Positions 40,930 to 48,554 of a stretch of DNA of 48,554 nt are shown here, one piece after another. Source of the DNA: Eledone cirrhosa (taxonomy: Eukaryota); the NCBI GenBank assembly GCA_964016885.1, contig CAXHJY010001210.1:1-48554 (forward strand). Direction: 5' to 3'. How positions within the stretch are numbered: position 1 is the stretch's first letter; each line of letters opens with the position of its first letter. The position numbers and the translations under genes were made by a program. A model generated the notes under the pieces. That model searched no databases and was not told where the DNA came from. It saw nothing but the letters and a program-made list of their open reading frames with translations.

Positions 40930-41507
40930 CACACACGTTATGCACTTGGTTAAAGAGAACAACTACATTAGACAGTGTACGATTTACTATATTGTACAAA
41001 ATGTATATAAATACATGCAGATTTTAATTGCATGTATAAATTAACACACACACGCACACACACACTCTCACACACACACACATGTATGTATGTTTGTATG
41101 TGTGAATGTAATTGTGAATGTATGTATATATATGTGAAGATGAATACATGTGTGTATGCAAATGTGTGTACGCGCGCATATTTATGTGTGTGTTTGTGTG
41201 TGTTGTTGGGTGGCTGCATGGTACCCCATGTTCCGTGTTTCTATTTGCGAATATAAACAGAAATTAGGACTGACACATACCTGGCATTTAACAAGGTCCG
41301 TATTACATACAAACATAGATGTATATACACGCATATCTATATAAATAAAAGTCGAATCGTGTCCATCCCTGTATCAGTCCGCTCATACATATATAGATAC
41401 ATACAGACACATATGTATAAATACTCACATACAGAAATATATATATATATAAACGTAAATACAAATGTATGTGTGTATGTATGGATGTATGTGCATATCT
41501 ATGTATG

Positions 41508-41554
<47 letters not shown>

Positions 41555-41936
41555 CCGAGTTGTTTTCTCTTTCTTCATAAATACATGCTAAACACACATG
41601 GGAACTGAGAATGTTCGAGGTCCATTGAAATACACGTGATTTCAACAAACAAGTTAACTCCTATCCACAGGAGACTTTTGGTAAGAACACCCCACCACAT
41701 GCCAATACATCCCACGCCCACAGACATACACACACTAACATACATACTCACATACGCACACATACATACACACACACACATATATATATCTATATATATT
41801 CACACAGAAGCACACACATATATGCGCACATACTTATGTATATACATACCTATATATATATATATATGTGTGTGTATATATATGTGTGTATATATATATA
41901 TGTGTATATATGTATATGCGTATATATATATATATT

Positions 41937-41975
<39 letters not shown>

Positions 41976-42095
41976 ATACACACTTGCACGCACACACATG
42001 CTGCCATACCTATGAATATTATACATATATCTGCGCGCACGCGCACACACACACATACGTACATATATATATATATATGTGTGTGTGTGTATATG

Positions 42096-42153
<58 letters not shown>

Positions 42154-42365
42154 TGTTTGTGTGTGAGCATATGTATAGGCTGAGACCCAGATAGTTTTCT
42201 TTGAAGTAGAACTTATAAATGGTAAAATTACTCTATGGGGATATGGAGCCGCAAACGTGTATATAAACACACTTACCTACCTTTATACATATATATATGT
42301 TTGTACATATAAGTGTATATGTATGTATACGTATCTATATATGTACGTATCTATATATACGTATA

Positions 42366-42404
<39 letters not shown>

Positions 42405-42483
42405 GAGAAGAACAGAACAAACAAATATTAAACAATTCCTTAAAAAAATTAAAAAATGATTTAAATATCTACCTGTTCATAAT

Positions 42484-42563
42484 GCTATTACCGTCGGTTT
42501 CGCTTTACAAAAGATTAGAAATTCAGAGAATTTCTAACGGAAAAGTAAAGTTCATCAGATAGC
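42484..42563 (-). ncRNA. Type I hammerhead ribozyme (mirror copy in the other palindrome arm)
   Basis: Reverse complement reads gctatCTGATGAactttac...gtaaagcGAAAccgacggTAatagc. Confidence 0.8.
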
Positions 42564-42923
42564 TATTTCCACTCTATAAGATAAAGTCCCACAGTCTGCA
42601 AATATACTGCAACTACCAGCTCGTATGAGTTATGGCCGTTAAAGAGTCCCACACATGAACTGGCCACTAATAAAAGCGGGAATATTACAGACGCGCTGCT
42701 GGCTTTGGTGTTATAAAAAAAAGCAGTAATCTATGTAGAGAAAAAAATTCGTTGTTGTTTACTGCTATTTTTTTAGCACCAAAGCCAGCAGCGCGTCTGT
42801 AATATTCCCGCTTTTATTAGTGGTCAGTTCACGTGTGGGTCTCTTTAACGACCATAACTCATACGAGCTGGTAGTTGCACTATATTTGCAGACTGTGGGA
42901 CTTTATCCTAGAGAGTGGAAATA

Positions 42924-43003
42924 GCTATCTGATGAACTTTACTTTTCCGTTAGAAATTCTCTGAATTTCTAATCTTTTGTAAAAGGAAACCGACGGTAAT
43001 AGC
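42924..43003 (+). ncRNA. Type I hammerhead ribozyme
   Basis: gctat CTGATGA [long stem II with ttagaaattc/gaatttctaa hairpin] GAAA ccgacgg TA atagc; stem I gctat/atagc; predicted cut after GUA at 42998. Confidence 0.8.
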
Positions 43004-43234
43004 ATTATGAACAGGTAGATATTTAAATCATTTTTTAATTTTTTTAAGGAATTGTTTAATATTTGTTTGTTCTGCTCATCTCAATTTTTATAGTTCTGGT
43101 ATCTCAAATTAGTACCATCGAACAACAATTACATTATAGACACCCTATATATCTCTATGCGTACTTAGTACCTAGAGAGATATTTACCTTATTTTATATA
43201 TATATATATATGTATATATATGTATATATATATG

Positions 43235-43406
<172 letters not shown>

Positions 43407-43585
43407 AAGGTTAAACAAGGTTCAATGAATAAATCAAAGAATGAGTTTTACAATAGATTGTATTATATGTAATTTTTTCATGTCTCAATCTTAAGGTATA
43501 TAAATATTGAGTTTTGTCATATCTTATTGACTACCATGACTGAATATTAACCATCTACTATGTCAGGGTATGTCATGCATCATCT

Positions 43586-43652
43586 TATTTTATCTGATGA
43601 GGACTTACTGTTAAAGATAGCTCAGTACCTCTGAAGTATGTATAATAAAATA
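43586..43652 (+). ncRNA. Type I hammerhead-like motif (A15.1>G variant)
   Basis: tattttat CTGATGA gg..tactg...cagtacctct GAAG tatgta TA ataaaata; 8-bp stem I. Confidence 0.6.
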
Positions 43653-44039
43653 TACTTGATCACAGGAATGTCTATTTTTGTCAATATTTTGAATTAATAT
43701 TATATATATATATATATATATGCGTACGTACATACATGTATAAGGCAATCCATCTTCGACGAAGCACCTTTATATTAACTTCAACAAGAGGAAATAACAA
43801 TAAAATACCTGATGAACAAAATGGAATAATGATGCAGGTAAAACACCTGCTGACTATGTGGAATTAATGCCGATAGTAATCCCTACGTTATAAGGAGTAC
43901 ACCGAGAATGTCTTCATAGATCTGATGATAAAAACATCAGAAGTTAGAATGATGTTGAGGCTGTTAACCCCTACATTAGAAGCTGATTTCTGTGACTGTG
44001 CTCGCAGATCTGATAATAAAAATCATAAGAAGCTACAGT

Positions 44040-44530
44040 GATTATAGATGCAATTACTTATAATATGAAAGAATTTTCGTGGAATGTTCCAGTGAAAACC
44101 CCAATAAATCATCGACATAACAGAGCAGACATTATGGCAAGGGACAGGGAAATGAAGACATGCACAATAGTAAAAATCAGCTGCCCAGCAGATGTTAATA
44201 TAATGTTAAAGATTAGCGAAGAGGAGAACGTATATGCGAAACTAATGAGGAAATTGCAGATACTCCACCCTGACTTATAGCTTAATTTGTTTTGTACCAT
44301 GATCACTGGGGCACTCGTATATATTACAAACTGCCTCAGCACAAATCCTGAGAATCTTGGTTTCACAGAACCAGAATGGGTAGGAGATTGGGAGAGTAAA
44401 ATTACTGATATGAAAGGTTACTGGTGGAATGTCTTTGAGAAGTCATCAGTAAAATGCAAGCCTAACGGACCAGACATAATGATCTGAGACATAAGAAGAA
44501 ACTTGTGCACACTAATTAGTTGCCTAACAG
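44040..44530 (+). pseudogene. Decayed restriction-like endonuclease domain of an R4-type non-LTR element, partly duplicated
   Basis: WNVPVKT...HNRADIMARDREMKTCTIVKISCPAD.N...Y..L, then MITGAL; a second WWN...KPNGPDIMI copy at ~44420-44530. Confidence 0.65.
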
Positions 44531-44594
44531 ATGTAGTTGTATGAAAAATGTAGGTGCTGCTTAAAACTGCATCCTCTTGAATTAAATAAGTTTG

Positions 44595-44925
44595 CAGTAA
44601 ACACTGGAACTATGATATAGATGGAATGGATCTCCGTTGGTATCGACGATGATTATTCCAGTTGTTCGGCCAAAAGAATATCCTAGTCATGAAATTAACG
44701 CACAAGTGGCTGAGCATTACACAAATATGTGTACCGGTAACGTAGTTCTCGGGGAGATTCAGCTTGGCACAGTGTGTGACAAGACAGATTCTTTGAATTA
44801 CAGGTATAACTGAATGAACTCGGGTAATGTGAAATAAAGTCTCTTGCTTAAGGATACAAGTGCTGCTGGATATTGAAACCATGACTTTAGAATCGATAGA
44901 CGATCTCACTAACCATTTAGAAACG
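44595..44925 (-). mobile_element. Second SINE family, decayed
   Basis: tRNA-like head at the right end; body is the diverged reverse complement of 45300-45475. Confidence 0.6.
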
Positions 44926-45139
44926 TGACTTCACATGAAAATTTTAGTTGATTAAAACTGGAACCCTTTGGATTACATATCTTAGCAGGGTGGGGAGGAG
45001 TCAATATACATATTTTTCATAAATTCTCACGTGTAATGTATCTAAAAACTAAAACCAGTCATGATCACCTAGTCATTAGATAGATATGTCTAATGCTGAA
45101 CTAATGATCAATCTGTAATTTGCAGGCCCTACTCCAGGA

Positions 45140-45475
45140 CCCAGCATAGCCGTGTGGTTAAGCAGTTCGTTTCACAATAATTAGGTTCAGGGTTCGATTT
45201 TACTGTGTGGCATTTCGGGCATTTTATTTACCACAGCCTCAAGTCAACACATGCCTTATGAATGAAACTGAAAAAAACAAACAGAAACTGTTTGGAGTGT
45301 ACCTGTAATCCCAAAGTCCAGCTTTATTACACGATGTGTCATGGTGAATCTCTTACGTTGAGAGGTACACATGTTTATAGAATGCTCAGAAACTTACACA
45401 CTACTTTTATGAGCAGGCTGATCCTTTGATTGAATAACTGGAACACTCATCGTCGCAACAGACGGAGTACTATTC
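45140..45475 (+). mobile_element. Second SINE family, decayed
   Basis: A box tagccgtgtggt, B box gggttcgatt; 3' body shared with 44595-44800. Confidence 0.6.
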
Positions 45476-45689
45476 CATTTCCGGAATTGAGTCGTAGCAT
45501 TGGTTGGTTATAGTCGTAATTACTCAGACATCTGGTTATGTAGCAAACTGACTCACAATCGATCTTGTAAAACTGGGCCTTCACAAAACCAGACGGGTCA
45601 CCATCTGTTATTTTTTAGATGTAACCCAGGGACGGAATGTGGGCTTGTATTTCATTCTTCATTTTCCTCTTTACATCCCCTACTCTCCT

Positions 45690-45865
<176 letters not shown>

Positions 45866-45961
45866 CCTCATTTGTCTCTTGCTCCACCTACTTGTTCTGT
45901 TTCACCGCCACAGGTGTTCTTGATCACAGAGGGATGCCAATTAAATGCACACATACACATG

Positions 45962-46035
<74 letters not shown>

Positions 46036-46084
46036 CACGTAATATGTATGTGTGTATATATATGTTTGTTTATTTGCAGATGTA

Positions 46085-46117
<33 letters not shown>

Positions 46118-46994
46118 TTAAACATATATAAATGCATATACATATATATATATAAACATATATAAATGCATATATATATATATACATACATACATGCATA
46201 CATGCATCCATACATGCACACATACTTACATACCTACACACATACATACGCACACATACATCTAAATACTAAATGTATGTGTGTATATATGCAAGCCAAC
46301 CACATGCAAACTCGTTAGTTTAAACGATGTCATTCTTCATTCTTCATTGTTATTTTCTTTTTTGTTTCTTCTCCTTCTTTTCTTCCTTTCCTTTCTTTCC
46401 TTTTTTCTTCTTTCCTTTTTTTTCTTTTCTTTCTTTTCTTCCTTTCCTTTCTTTCCTTTATTCATCTTTGCTTTTTTTTTTTTTCTTTGGTTTTGTTTCA
46501 TGCTACTCTTCTGTGGTTTATATGTGTGTAGCTGCAACAAAATACGTGCAGTCTATGTCTGCAACGGCCTTCTTGGTAAGAAAATGCAGGCGTTGCCCCG
46601 ATATAGGAAGTTATACGTAATTGTTTATTCTGACAACATGTAGGCTGAAGGAGACAGACTTTGGCCCAAGAGCAGGTTTTTAGTTTCCTTAAGGAATTCT
46701 CTTTCTTATTCTGATTTCTACAGATTATATTCCAACAGTCAGATAGATGTATTGTTTATATAAACATCCGCTGCTCAACGAAACGGATTGGATTTTCTTT
46801 CACTTTTATTTCGTTATTTATTTATTTGGGGGAGGGGGGGGTCTTGGGGAGGGGATCTTAGGGAGTCTTGGGAGGGGGTGCTTTTGTTCTGCTTTTTGTA
46901 TATGTTTTTTTTTTATTTTTTTTATCACCAGCTTTAGTCTAACGATATCTTCTCAGCTCACATGACACACTGACACAACAATCACATATGTGTG

Positions 46995-47058
<64 letters not shown>

Positions 47059-47140
47059 TATATACATATATTCATGTATATATATATATATACATAAATA
47101 TATATATATATAAATATATATATATTTATATATACATATG

Positions 47141-47190
<50 letters not shown>

Positions 47191-47360
47191 TGTATGTATG
47201 TATGTATATATGTATGTGTGTGTATCCTCAATATTAAATTATCTCAGAATTAACAACTTCAACGCAGGTTTTTCACAGTCAATAACGTGAATTGATGTTT
47301 TTAACTCTTGGTTAACTTAACATTCAAAATCCGAGACACCTTCAGCGGTACTAAAAATAG

Positions 47361-47462
<102 letters not shown>

Positions 47463-47558
47463 TACTCAAAAGGCATCATACACTCTTAACAGACTCTTAA
47501 AGTTACACAAGAAACTGAATTTATGCATATTTTTAGCATTTACAAAGGGGTCATTGCA

Positions 47559-47703
<145 letters not shown>

Positions 47704-47706
47704 TAA

Positions 47707-48026
<320 letters not shown>

Positions 48027-48031
48027 TATAT

Positions 48032-48111
<80 letters not shown>

Positions 48112-48554
48112 AAAAATGGAACCGGAACAAAACAGAGAGGCAGTACAAACAAAGTTTTATTAGTTTCACGCTCATGAAAGTGTGTATGGGGGGGGGGGGG
48201 GGGCGTGACGTTTCGGGCATATATATATATATATTAGGTAAAGTACCCTTGAAGATGGAAAAAGGACGGTGAGCAATAGCGCCTAACAGGCCAGCTTCAA
48301 TTTGACCTTATGCTTCAACCCCCATTCAACGTTAAAATTAAACATAAATAAAAAAGAAAAACCAAACACTTTCTATTAAATAGCAATTGTGGAAGAATGT
48401 TCCCAAAAAACAGTTTTGAATGTGTCTCACCTCTGCCAGAAAATGGTAGAAGAACACTTGGGAATATTAAATTCTTTTTATTCATTTTATTTTATAAGAA
48501 AAGCAGAATTCAATGACGGTTTTGTTTCTTATAGGAATTTTATGAGAATGTTTT

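Larger units (their letters stand above)
42402..43085. repeat. ~680-bp foldback (arms ~325 bp, spacer ~30 bp)
   Basis: 42402-42729 is the near-perfect reverse complement of 42759-43085. Confidence 0.93.

Overview
AT-rich, microsatellite-saturated eukaryotic non-coding DNA. It is probably intronic or intergenic octopus/cephalopod sequence, inferred from the SINE style and (TA)n load. I found no convincing host exon, and nearly all listed ORFs are microsatellite artefacts. The real coding content is retrotransposon-derived: one Penelope-like element (PLE) with an open 804-aa RT + GIY-YIG ORF, two 5'-truncated PLE GIY-YIG fragments of other lineages, a near full-length decayed L1/Tx1 LINE between (TCTG)n tracts, and two R4/Dong-like endonuclease relics. 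There are also about nine tRNA-derived SINEs, a 30-bp minisatellite and a 152-bp tandem repeat. The most interesting signal is a set of short non-coding inserts in (TA)n tracts. Several fold back on themselves and carry type I hammerhead ribozyme motifs: complete or near-complete at ~18916, ~24888, ~42484/42924 and ~43586, and partial elsewhere. These look like solo PLE pseudo-LTRs or retrozyme-like RNAs, possibly mobilised by TA-targeting Penelope enzymes. All coordinates and folds were read by eye.
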